In this document: positions 24,984 to 36,235 of the stretch, in pieces
Layout: each line of letters opens with the position of its first letter
Position numbering within the stretch: the first letter of the stretch is position 1
DNA from: Guillardia theta CCMP2712
Lineage: Eukaryota > Protista > Cryptophyta
Reading direction: 5' to 3'
Length of the DNA: 64,000 bases
Assembly (NCBI RefSeq): GCF_000315625.1
Contig: NW_005434627.1
Span: 69,175-133,174 of the forward strand
Position numbers and translations under genes: made by a program
The notes under the pieces: model-generated
The model's input: only the letters and a program-made list of their open reading frames with translations
What the model was told of the DNA's origin: nothing
The model's database searches: none

Positions 24984-27680
24984 CAGGTACATGCGATCAA
25001 CAAACTCGTCTCGGCCTCGCAACTCCGCCGCAGAGCTTCTTCGCTGACAGAGAAAAGATGACTGGAATGACATGACGGCAGAAGTTAACAACCTCGAGGG
25101 TAGCGGGGAAGATAGTTGAGCTAACGGCGGCACGAGCGCGATCGGACTCTTTCTTTCTGTTCTTCTGATTCAAAAGTATCTCAAGCTTCTCGTTCACGGA
25201 CTGAAAATCTTTCTGTTGGAAAGAAACCAGTCAGATCATAGCCATCATCATGTAAGACATCAGCTAAATCGTCATGTAAGACATCAGCTAAATCGTCATG
25301 TAAGACATCGGCTAAATCGCCATGTAAGACATCAGCTAAATCGCCATGTAAGATGTATCATCATATAACAGCTATATCATCTAGCAAGATGACGAGCGAC
25401 TTCCTTCCGAGACAGATCAACATCAACATCATCCAGTCTAGTCTATACATCTTCTTCTTCTGTCTAGTTCTACAACAACACATCATCGTCACCTCAAGTT
25501 TCTTGATGTTCTTGTGCATCGACTTGATCGCCATCTGCACCACCATCAACCTCCTTACATGTCAACCGACTCACGTCACATTAGGACTCGAGCCCCTTGC
25601 AGTGTCGAACTTCGGCTCGGCGTGCTGAAACTTGACGTTCTTGCTCTCTGCCGCCACCTCTGCCGCCATCTCGCCATCTTCATCGCGATCCTCTTGCCTC
25701 TTGTCCTTGTCCAACATCTTCTGCAAGTTCCCCGACATGCTGTCGATCTTCATGTCGAGCAGCTTCAGGACGAGCACGATGGACTGGATGTCCTTGCTGT
25801 CCGACTCCAGCAGGGCATTCTCTAGAGCCCTCTGCGCGAACCTGTTGAGCTCGCCCTTCATCATCAGCTGGAACTGCTCGCGGCCGAACTCCCTCTCCTC
25901 GTTGAGGAACCTCCCGTTCTCCGTTATGATGTCAAAGTCATCCTCAGTCAGCTGGATCGCGCGCTTCAGCGGCAGAGTCTTGATCGCGCTCTGGAACTCC
26001 TTGAAGCTAAGGCCCCCGGACTTGTCGATGTCGAGCCGCTCGTAGCACTGGTCGATCTTGTGCGTCAGGTCGGCAGTCCCAGTGAAGTGAGCTAGAGTCT
26101 GCGTCAGGGAGTCGAGGACCCCCGTGATGCGGGAAGCCTGCGACTTCTCCTCCCGCTCCTCCGCCTCCACCCTTGCGATCTCCTCCTTCTCCTTGGTCAC
26201 GAACGAGATGAACTCGTCAAGGAGGACGGCGACGACGACGTTGACCATGACGATGGTCCCGAGTAGGACGAAGCTGACGAAGAAGAAGGCGATGCCGTAA
26301 TTGATCCTCCCGTTGGGGTCGGGCTCGAAGAGAGAGCGGGTGACGGCACTTGCCCAGCTGTCGCCGGTGATGACCTGGAACATGGTGAAGAGAGAGTTGA
26401 GGAACGTGCCGAAGAACTGAGGCTGGAGGTCGCGGAAGAGGTAGGTAGCAACAGTGGCGTACACGCAGGCGAGGAGGAGGAGGATGAGAAAACAGTTGAT
26501 GACGGGGAGGGTGGCAGAGCTCAGGGCCTTGACGATCCTGCTGAGGGCCTTGAAGTACCGGAACAGGCGGCCAACACGGAGCACGCGGATCAGCCGCAGG
26601 AGGGACAAGAGCCTGTTGGTGATGATGAGAGAGGAGAGGAGGACAACGACGACGCAGACGTCGAGGAGGTTCCACGGGTCACTGCAGAAGGGGAGGAACC
26701 GGTCCTCGGAGTGGACGAAAAGGTTGAAGAGCAGCTCGATAGAGAAGATCGCTGTGAAGGAGAGAGTGATGTCCTCGAAGATGCGCGATCCTTCAGTCCC
26801 ATCCTCCGGGAGGACCTGCGCCTCGAACAGGGCGGTGGCGAAGGAAGCGAGGATGATAGCGGCGATCACCAGCTGCATCTTTCTGGAGTGGTAAAAGTCG
26901 AACGCCCGGGTCCTGAACTTGGCAAGCCTGCTTCCGCCCGACTTGATCTCGAGCAGCTCCTGCTCCTTCCTCCTCTTGGAGTCCGCGATCGCCTGCTCCA
27001 TCAGCTCCAGCCACTTGCTGTACTCCTCGTCCGACTGCGCTCGTAGCACATACTTCTTCCCTGCGTTGTAACCATCGGGGGAGGTGACTATGACAAAGGT
27101 TAGGAAGTCGTCTGCAGCGGAGGATGAAGCAGCCTTGTCTTCTCCGTGAGAGCCGATGAGGCACATGATCTCGTTGAGAGGTATGATGTCCACTGCCGTG
27201 TTGGAGTCGATGTACGCGAAGAGCAGAAACTCGCTCGTCATCACGACGTTCCTGGGGTTCCACGAGACCATGATGCTGTTGACGGCACGTCGTGAGAGGT
27301 AGTTGGGGGAGCATAAAGAGCACGCGACAGACCTGAGGATCTTCTTCTCCAGCGTTCCCTTCATGATGCACCTCTTGTCAAGAGGCAGAGAGACTCTGCC
27401 GTCGCACATAGCGTCTGAGGGACAAGATCAATCAGAGGATGCCCGCAGGAGACTGCAACTCGTCCTGACCTGACAGCTCCTCAAAGGAGAGTTGACCATC
27501 GCCATTGACATCCAAGAGCTCTCGGAGGTCGCACAAGCTCGCCGATCGTGCGGTCTTCATGGTCGAGAACCTGCGATAAGGGAGGAAAGCAATCACGTGG
27601 AGGTAAAACAGGACAGAGCGGAATGGTCGCTGCAACCGTGAACTTTCTCACGGGTGAATCTGTATCGCAACTTTCATCAT
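24100..27680 (-). CDS. Single-domain voltage-gated cation channel 1 (EF-hand + PH + 6TM + EF-hand; EukCat/BacNav/CatSper-like)
   Basis: N-terminal DVNGDGQLSFEEL; PH-like KGTLEKK…WNPRNVV…YVLRAQSDEEYSKWL; S3 DPWNLLD; S4 LRLIRVLRVGRLFR; filter FQVITGDSWAS; S6 NVVVAVLLDEF; EF-hand DIDKSGGLSFKEF. Further spliced C-terminal exons run to ~24.1 kb (end approximate). Confidence 0.9.
25249..25353 (+). repeat. 24-bp tandem repeat (CATGTAAGACATCAGCTAAATCGY) x4.4, intronic
   Basis: Read directly. Confidence 0.95.
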
Positions 27681-28029
27681 GACTGCCTGACAGTCTTACA
27701 CATGTGAGGATGTCTAAGCTGCTCTTGCAAGTACTACTGAGTCGAGGAACCTTGCATGCTCACCGCGGTACCTTCTATGTCTTCACGCAAAATCTGCTCC
27801 CCCTGTCCAACCGAGCTCACCGTGTCTTGACCGAACCAGGGATTCCTCGTCCTCTACTGCTAACGGACTCCCCACATTCGTTTCCTTCCTCTTCCTCTCC
27901 TCCTCTGCCTCTACTTCCCTTGGACTTTACTGCGCTTTCCCGCCCCCATTTTTTGTAGGGGCACACTGGGGGACTCCAAATTCGAAAAAAAAAAGTCAAA
28001 AATCTCTTGACACCACGAGCCTGGCAGAA

Positions 28030-28340
28030 CAGAAAATGACCGTCCGGACGGGCGTCACGGTTGCCAGTGACTCATTTGAATTCCATGACCTGCGCGGCCC
28101 GGCGGTGAAGCAGCCAGTCAGCCGGGCCGGTCCAGTGATCCGTGGCACCCGGCCCCCGGCAAGTGACCAGACTCGCCGTCAGAGTCAAGTCCGTGGACTG
28201 GCCGGGCATGCGGGAGTAAACCGTGTGTGTCAGTGCCACGGTGGTGAGCGTACGGTCAGGCAAGTCGGCGGACGCCATGCCGGCGGGGACCGCAGTCACA
28301 CTGCACAAGGCTCAGCTTGTGTACCGTACTAGCCTAGTAG
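28030..28340. other. GC-rich palindrome-dense block 4 between the two channel genes
   Basis: CCGGCC/GGCCC units, CAGTGAC/GACTC motifs and a TACTAG-C-CTAGTA hairpin near 28327. Confidence 0.6.
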
Positions 28341-28431
28341 ATCGATTCCTGATTTATTAAAACAAATATTGACTAAGTCAAAGTTATCCTACCAGTCATG
28401 GCCCGGAAACAAGGCGAAATTCGTGAACCGT

Positions 28432-31400
28432 TTATGCATCACCGTTAGTGCCTGTGAAGGGACCGGGCGGCGACTTGTTCTTCGTGATGCACAACAGCGC
28501 TATGAGCGCGTCCTCGTGCAACTTGAAGATCTCTCCTGCCTTGGTCTTCACCTCCAGCTCGCCTCCTTCCACTTCCACGATCGACGCGTCAACGGCTCCC
28601 TGCTGGACATGCCTCCCAGGCCTTCGAGTGGCAAAGCAAGTCATTCGTCTCGCACCACTGCCTCCACCTTCTGACTCACCTGATTTGCTTCGGGAAGGAG
28701 GAGGAGGAGCGCTGCTCGGACGCCTCTAGAGAGGGCGAGCTGTTCCGTGAGTGCCGACCGCTCCCCAGGATCGAGGCACTTCCTCCAGTCAGAACGAGAT
28801 AGACGTGCTCCTCGTCCGCAAGGACCACTCGTCCCTCCATGCGCGGCGCGTCTAGTTGCACCTGCTGCCTCCTCGTGGCAAGGCTCGATAACACGCTGGT
28901 CCACGGCAGCTTCACGACCAGGCTTCTGACGGGCCGACCAGGAACGGGGGACTGAGGGATGCTGCGGTTGTGGTCTAACGTGTTGTAGCTGAGGCTTCTG
29001 TAGAGCTCCAGCTTGGCGGCGTAAGGGCGCTGAGGAGGAGACGAGCAATCATCGGCGTCCGACTGCTCCATGTCCTTCAAAGGGCTATGAGCTCCTCGGG
29101 TTCTCGACGAGGAACGCACGAAAATCGTTTCGCAGTCTGTGCCCATGCACGTGACTTTCCCACCTCGGGACACGGTACAGCCAACTGAAGCCTTCTTCTT
29201 GCCGTTCTTGTGCGCTTCTCCGTCGTGGAAGAGGGACAGGATGCGGTCAAGCTTGCTGTCCATGTCGTCCAGCCGCTGCTGCTGCCCCTTGAGCTCTGAC
29301 CACAGCGCCTTTGCGTCATCTACGTTGCCGGAGGAGACCGACCGCGCTCCGCCGTCAGCTGCGAGTCGCTTCCACTCGCGGAACGCGAAGTAGACGGAGG
29401 AGCGAAAGAGCCGAGTGAGGATCTGCTTGCGCGACTCCGACTTCCTGGAGTTCGAGAACACCTGCGGCATGATCTGCGACCTGATCTGATCCAGCGACGC
29501 GATGTTGGTGTGAGCGGCGAGGAGGAGCTGCCGCAGCCAGTCGTCCTCCACCAGAGAGATCTGAGAGATCATCTGCAAGGACCTGGTGAGCACACAGAGA
29601 CATCGGGAAAACACATCAAGCACACACAGCTCACGGCACCTCCCAGCGCCTCACCCACCTTCCTACGCGCGTACTCGTCGAGCTGGAAGCGTATCATGGC
29701 CTCGAAGGCCTTGGGCGTCAGCTCGCCGTCGTCATCGAGGAGGGACCTGTCAAAGGTGAGAGCCTCGAAGTCCTCGAGGGACAGTCGGATGTTCTTCTTC
29801 AGCTTGAGGCGAGCTAGACCCTGTTGGAACTCCTTGAAACTGAGCGAACCATTTTCATCCAAGTCAAGCCTCTGGCGCGCACGTCAAACTCGCAGACTTG
29901 GCAGGGCGACCGGCTCACCTGGTAGAGGTTGCTGATGCGGTTGGTGAGGTCCTCGGAGGTGGTGAAGGTCATGAGGCTAGGGAGAAGAGGGTCGAGTGGT
30001 CCTGCGAGGTCGTCGATGTGAAGCTGCTTCATCTGAAGGAGTTCGATCAGAGCTCCTGGGCAGGGGAGGGGNNNNNNNNNNNNNNNNNNNNNNNNNNNNN
30101 NNNNNNNNNNNNNNNNNNNNNNNNNNNNNNNNNNNNNNNNNNNNNNNNNNNNNNNNNNNNNNNNNNNNNNNGAGGGATGGAGGGAGGGAGGGAGGGGAGC
30201 GAGCTTGACCGTTTCCGACTGAAACTTTGCCCTCGCCTCCTCGCGCTCTCGTTCCACCATGGTGATGAACTCGTCCAGGAGGACAGCAACGACGATGTTC
30301 ATGAGGACCTGCAACATGCTGTGAGGATAAGGCGGGACTAGTCACTGGGACTTACGAGTCCAACTAGGAGCATGTAGGAGACGAAGAAGAAGCCGACCTG
30401 ACAGGATCAGTCAGAGGTGCGGGCGGTATGAGCGCGCTGCTGCTCTGACCCCAAAGTCGTGGGATTGATGAGCCAGGTCGTAGTTGAAGAGAGATCTCGA
30501 GATAATCGACCCCCACGCGTCGCCGGTGGCAACTTGATACATCTGACCGACACGCGTCAGCTCGCCATGTTGTGCTCGCACACTCATCTGACAGTGAACA
30601 TGGAGCGCATGAAAGTGCCGAAGAACTCAGGTTGGTCATGTGAGAAGAGATTGGTGCCGATGACAGCGTAAATCGATGTTATCAATGACATGATGCAGAG
30701 TGCGTTGGCAACGGGTAGTACTGGGAGATGAGATCAGTACACAGAAGCGTAAGGCCTACAGGGAGTACCAGACGCTACGAGAGCGTTAATGAGGATTCTC
30801 AAGGATGCGAGCTTGCTGGTGGAGGAGGAATCTAGTCAATGGCAGGAGCAGCAAAGGCGACAAGCGTCTACCGGAAGAGGCGGACCATCTTGAACACTCG
30901 AGCTAACCTTAAGATGCTCATAGCGAACAGACCTTCCACGAACTGGGAGACGAGAGAGAGGACGACGACGACCAGATCTGAGTGGATGAATGAGCGACCA
31001 TTACAAGGAAAGAGTCAAGGCGAACCTAACAAGTTCCATCCGTCTTTGAAGAAATCTACCGAATAATGTCCATAGAGATTCATCAGCAAGTCCTGCCCTC
31101 AACTTCAACCCATCGACAAGGCAAGGGGCAGCTCTCACCAGCGTGAAGGAGAAGTTGTAGAACCACTCGAGCGCCGTGAAGACCTTGTCTCGATGTGAGC
31201 CTGGCTCTGGGAGAATCTGAGCATTGACGAGAGCCGTAATGTAAGAAGCGAAGATTATCCCTCCCACGATGCTCTGGAAACAAAGCTGTTGTAAATCTTC
31301 CGCGACTTCCTTCTTGACCGAGCGAACCATCCCTTCTCTTTCGTCGCAAACTCCTTCTCTTGCGCTATGATCACCATCTCCTCCAGCAAATTCGTCAACT

Positions 31401-31951
31401 CCGTGTACTGATCTTCGTCCTTCACCCCGAGGAATGTTATGCGGCCATAGTTGAATCCGTCTTCGATCGTGTGGATGCTGAAAGTGAGCAAACCCTCAGC
31501 GTCATCGTCTAAGATGTTTGCTGTGCTTAAGTCTCTCTCTTTCATGGAGAAAGCGAATGAGCCTAGGGAAGTTAGCGAAGACTTTCGCAACAAAGTGTTG
31601 CTGTCTTTGGTCCCAAAGGTCTCCTGTCGACGTATGCTCTTCACCTCTGCCAGCGGGATCTGATCGAGCACAGTGCTCCCATGGACCTTGGAGAGTAAGA
31701 TTTCTGAGTCTGTGACGTGGATCTTCCTTCTCTGCCATGTCACCCCGACCTTGCTGCATGGCAGAAAAATCGCAGAAAGGAAGGCGTTAGTCGAAACCTC
31801 GCAAGTTACAGACATATCACCTGACGACCTGGCGCAGGACCTCGACGGAGGCCTTGATCTCTGAGTCAGGAGGAAGCTTCCTCTCCACGCTGTCGCTATC
31901 CTCCTCCTTCACCCTCATACGAGCCGCACGAACGCCCATAAAGGCCGCCAT
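28432..31951 (-). CDS. Single-domain voltage-gated cation channel 2 (PH + 6TM + EF-hand), intron-rich, with an apparent 1-nt frameshift
   Basis: PH-like WQRRKIHVTDSEILL…LDQIPLAEV…FSIHTIEDGFNYGR; DGWNLLD; S4 LRLARVFKMVRLFR; filter YQVATGDAWGS; MNIVVAVLLDEF; EF-hand DLDENGSLSFKEF. At least 11 short introns; frame break at 31278-31280. Confidence 0.85.
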
Positions 31952-32706
31952 CGCGTGTGTGAACACAAGATCGGACTGGCCCGAAAAGGTAGGGTGATAT
32001 CTGGTATGCCCACGGTGGGATGACATATCTGCACTGGAATCAGGGGTGGGGGTAGTCTTGATGGGGGTACCAGTGGATCAATCTGTACTAGCTGATGATG
32101 GGTTTCATACACTATACCGGGGTAGGGGTACAATAATGAGGGGTTATGATTCGGAGGTCAAGTTCAAAGGGGTGGGGGCTATAGGTCAAGTCATTCGGCT
32201 TGTAAAGTACCGCCGAGTACCCCCTACCAATGGGTCTCTCACACTACCCTACCCCTATAATGTTTGTTTTGTAGCCGGGTCCACTAACCCATCATCAGTG
32301 AGCACTCCCGAGCTAGTCAAGTTTTTATACTTGTACGGAATAGGAAAACGGTACTGCAGAGGAGTCAAAGGTGCTTTGAACTTGGAGCTGTGACGAGTAC
32401 CCGGTGGTTTAAAGGGGGGATTGAATCTGAGGGGTACTTGGGGATCCGCACGACGCAGGTTCTGGGAATTCAGGGGGTACTTATGGGGTCCAGTTAACAT
32501 TCGTGCAGCAGGAAGTTAATTTCAAACCAATTTCGAATTCTCAAAAAGTTGAGAATGTAAAATTGAAACTTTGAGCGCAACATAGGAAGTTTCGTGATGA
32601 CTTAGGACGGGGTCATAATCCATAGGGACTGGGGGTACTCACAGCTGCAACCGTTAAACTTTCCAACGGGTTGAACTCCAGCGGGGGACCTTACTAGGCT
32701 ACTAGG

Positions 32707-32760
32707 CCTCGACTCTCCTAAGATGGCCTCGTACTGATTTTTAACTTAACTTTGAGTAAA
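32707..32760 (+). mobile_element. CRE-like 3'-end copy immediately upstream of the truncated element
   Basis: cctcgactctcct…cctcgtactgatttttaacttaactttgagtaaa matches 33498-33550. Confidence 0.85.
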
Positions 32761-33550
32761 GCTTTGCCAAAAGGCTAGTGACTGCGATAGATGCCATCAT
32801 CTTCTCCGTCATCCTGGGGGGACCACACACATGGCAACCTGCAGGCACCGCAGCCAGTTATGGACTGATGCGCATGAGAAGTGCAATGCCGTCCTCAGTA
32901 CCCTCATCAAAGATTCCGGAGTGAGATGCCGTATCCACATGCAAGGCGTACCCGGCACCAGGCGCAGAACGTTTCCCAACACGGCCCTGAAGATCATCAT
33001 GTAGGGGACTCTGGAGGCGGATGGCATGGGTTAATCCTGGACTTCAGCATGTCACATGTTTTTGACAATGATGGATTGAATACCGGACCTCGCTCGGAGC
33101 AAACTGCAAGCGGCAGCACTGAGCGGAAGATCCGAGGGCATCGTAATGCATATGCTCAGCACGTCCCGCCAAAGGCCTTTCTTCCCATCATCGCCAGCAC
33201 TGATGGCCTCTTGCAGGACGATGCGTTGCGCTTTCTGTGGTGGCTGGCGGATCGCTCGGCGAACAAGGAAACGGTTGAGTGCCATCATCGCGGGTGCATC
33301 CCGGTATGCGTCTCATTCCTTCGGCGGCGGCCACCGCGACATCGCTGGCATGGCCGCGCGGGGGACTTGTCCTGCGCGCAGTTAAGTGAAGGTATCAGTT
33401 AAGTTTGGGGGACAGCAGTCGGCAGGTTTAGGTTTGGTTCTCGCTGTCTTTTCTCTTCTCGCCGTTTGGCCTGTGCGACAGTGTCAGGGTCAAGCCTCCT
33501 CGTCTCTCCTGATTGTCCTCGTACTGATCTTTAACTTAACTTTGAGTAAA
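32761..33550 (+). mobile_element. 5'-truncated, frameshifted non-LTR retrotransposon relic (CRE-like, restriction-like endonuclease)
   Basis: Frame from 32780: CDRC…HMATC…WTDAHEKC (CCHC knuckle plus RHD-like motif). Next frame: GD…LILDFSMSH…ERKIRGHRNAY…FLPIIASTDGLLQDDALRFLWWLADR (PD-(D/E)xK RLE C-terminus). Then a ~150-nt 3' UTR repeated elsewhere in the window. Confidence 0.75.
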
Positions 33551-34090
33551 GAGTAAGACTACCGTACCGGGTACGGTAGCCGTCTGGCAGTCCGAGTCCG
33601 GTCCGGCAGTCAGCCCGGGGGCGGGGGTGGACGGGCCGGCCGGATCATGAAGTGTCGGTCGGGTCGGACTCGGGATGACTGCCAGCCCGGCGCCGGCGGG
33701 CGGCCGCCGCCGCCGCCGCTCCCCGGCCGGCCCGCGTGACATTGCCGGACGGTGAGTCACAGTGGCCGGGCGGCCCCGCTTCGCGGCCCGGGGACATTCG
33801 GACCGCGACGCCGTGGCCGTCCTACGGCGAGGCCCCCCACGTGCTGTCATTCCCGTCACAGTACTCCGTAATGTGGGCCTGAGGACCGTCACGTGCACGG
33901 TGCTGCCGCGGGGTCCCCGGCCACCCGGCACTCACTTCACCATCGATCAGGCTGATCCGGGGGCGGACGGAGTACAGTACGGTACCGTGACCGTACTGTA
34001 CCCCGGTAGTAGGCTGAAACCTGGCTTCGGAACCGTGTAGTTCCGATTTCAGTTGTCACCGGGTCAGTGCCCCACTGTGGAACTTAGCCT
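33551..34090. other. GC-rich palindrome-dense block 5
   Basis: Hairpins CTACCGTACC-G-GGTACGGTAG (33559-33579) and GTACAGTACGGT-accgtg-ACCGTACTGTAC (33972-34001). Confidence 0.7.
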
Positions 34091-34559
34091 GAGGAGACCT
34101 GATGATGATATCAAGCATCTGCAGCTCAAACCTCTCTCATCATTCTCCTCGCATTCACCTCCTCACGATGTGCTCGCCTATTTCAACAGGAACAACTCAA
34201 ATGGTCTGCTTGCGGAGCCTTGTACTTGTTAACAAAATCGTGATCATTGAAATGCATCGGTCCCTGATGCGAAGAGGGCACTCTTCTCTTTACAGCTTCA
34301 GCTGCATGCCAGATGGGATCTCTCAAAATTCGCATCAGCTTCCAAGTTCGCCTCACTCTTCAAGTTGAGGTTCAAACTTCAACGCTCAGCAGTTTCCGCA
34401 CGGTCATATGATAGTAGTATATGATATGATAGTAGTATATGATAGTAGTAGTGATAGTATACATCAAGTCCCATATCTCGGGTTGGCGAAATCAACATGA
34501 AAAATCTTCGATGCATGGCAGCAAGAGACCAAGATGCTGCCACGATGCCCTTCCATCAT

Positions 34560-35037
34560 CTAGTATACACGTGCCATGCCGTCGGCACACATTCCTTCCT
34601 CCTCAGACAGCTCCGTGCTCTCGCAGGCTGACATGAACCATTCGATCCACGTAGGGTCAAGTGCCGTCACATCTTCGTCCTCCCATCTGATCACTGCTGG
34701 AACCTGGGCTCTCCTCTTCTCCTCTGCTTCCGCTGCTACTGTGTTGTTGCACCGAGATCTTCGCTCGTACGGCCATCGGGTAAGACCGAGACGGCGGCAA
34801 GCGCTCTTGAAGGCAGTCAGCGAAAGCTCCTGTCGAGTGAGATCAGCAGGGAGAATTGCGTACAGGGGGGAAAGAGGAGTCTACCAGGGAAGATGCTGCG
34901 CGAATCTGGGGGAGGTGGAACAACTGAGCGAGGGTCGAGTACTTGAGGTTGACTCCCCTCCTTCTCTTGCCTTGGTCGAGGAGGCGCTGGATGGTTTTCC
35001 TTCTCGGGAAGACGCGGATGATGGTGGTGGGATCCAT
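34560..35037 (-). CDS. RWP-RK domain transcription factor (2 exons; intron 34830-34884)
   Basis: MDPTTIIRVFPRRK…VNLKYSTLAQLFHLPQIRAASSL|ELSLTAFKSACRRLGLTRWPYERR…. Confidence 0.9.
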
Positions 35038-35439
35038 GGGGGAGAGGCCGCTACAGCTGTCCTCACTGACCGCCCTATGCCTTCTCCTCCTCCTCTCCTC
35101 TTCTCCTCGTCTCCTCTTCCCCCACTTGTGCCCTCCCGGTCGTATCTCCTACAGTCATAGGGGGAGTGGTCACGCAAGGTTTGGCTGTCATGAGGCCCTC
35201 CAAGGTAGAGGATTTCATAAGTGGTTCCCCAATACAAGAGTACCAGGGTACCTACTACCGACAGTCAGCGCAGCCGCACGGGGCCCTTATTTGCTATGAC
35301 AGGCAAAAAGTGCCTAATAGTCCCCCCGATAACGTGGAGGGACAGGGCAGGGGTAAAGGAAAAGACTCTCAGCTAGGTCTCAATCCTATTAAGAACCATT
35401 AAGACTGAGTAGACCCGACAAGGAGCGATATCATGCTCA

Positions 35440-35990
35440 ATGGGGCCAGCGGTGCTGATTTGACTGCCGGTCGGAGAACTCGGAACTTATTACGGTCAAA
35501 GTTGAGACTTGAAGGCTACGGTACCAGCGAGTCACGGGGCTTCTGCGGCGGTGACGGGCACGGTAACTCAGTGACTTACAATGCCCAATTTTCGGCATGT
35601 TCCACCAACAGTTCCGAGTTCGGGAGGTGGCAGTGCCGAACCTCGGAACTTCGGAAGCCTACCGTACGGCGGAATCATTGCACAACGGCGGATGATTCAT
35701 CTGCCATGATCAGTGTCACGGGCCCTATTGACTCTGAGGCTCAGTCTGTCTGCGGGCCACCGGGCGGCACTGCCGCACTGCGGCATGCAGGCGGCGGCTG
35801 AGGTGACCGGGTGACTCCGGCACCCCCATCGGCCGCTCCGGGGCCCTCGGAGCCTCGGAGGGCTACAGTGCCGAACCACGGCGGACGCCGGAGTCTGACC
35901 GCTCCGAGAATCCGAGGCTCAGTCTTCCTCCTCCCGGCCTCCCTCACTGTGACTGTGCACTGTAACCGGACCATGCGGCACAGTGACAAG
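35440..35990. other. GC-rich palindrome-dense block 6
   Basis: Hairpin AGTTCCGAGTTCGG…CCGAACCTCGGAACT (35610-35650) and many CCGG/GACTC/TCAGTGA units. Confidence 0.65.
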
Positions 35991-36204
35991 ATCACTGTTG
36001 TTTTCTTTCTCATTATCCCCCCCCTCCTCCTCCTTGGGCGGTGACCCTCGGGACCACGATGTTCATCTCCGGATGCTCCGCCATGGCTCGCAGCCCCAGC
36101 AGCCACCTGCCGCCGACTCATCGCTGGAAGGAAGTAGAGCATAGAACACCGATGCAGGAAGACGCCTGCGTCAAACATGCTGGGGTCCTTTTGGCATCCA
36201 GCGA

Positions 36205-36235
<31 letters not shown>

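Noticed and set aside
22178-25353. 14-bp and 24-bp tandem arrays as possible CRISPR-like repeats
   Set aside because: Head-to-tail units without spacers, located inside introns of a eukaryotic gene.
33525-33560. Repeat terminus …aactttga|gtaaag resembling a spliced-leader exon/donor (CRE elements target SL genes in trypanosomatids)
   Set aside because: No conserved downstream intron or Sm-site among copies, and variable 5' truncation fits a retroelement 3' UTR better. It could be revisited with 5'-end cDNA data.
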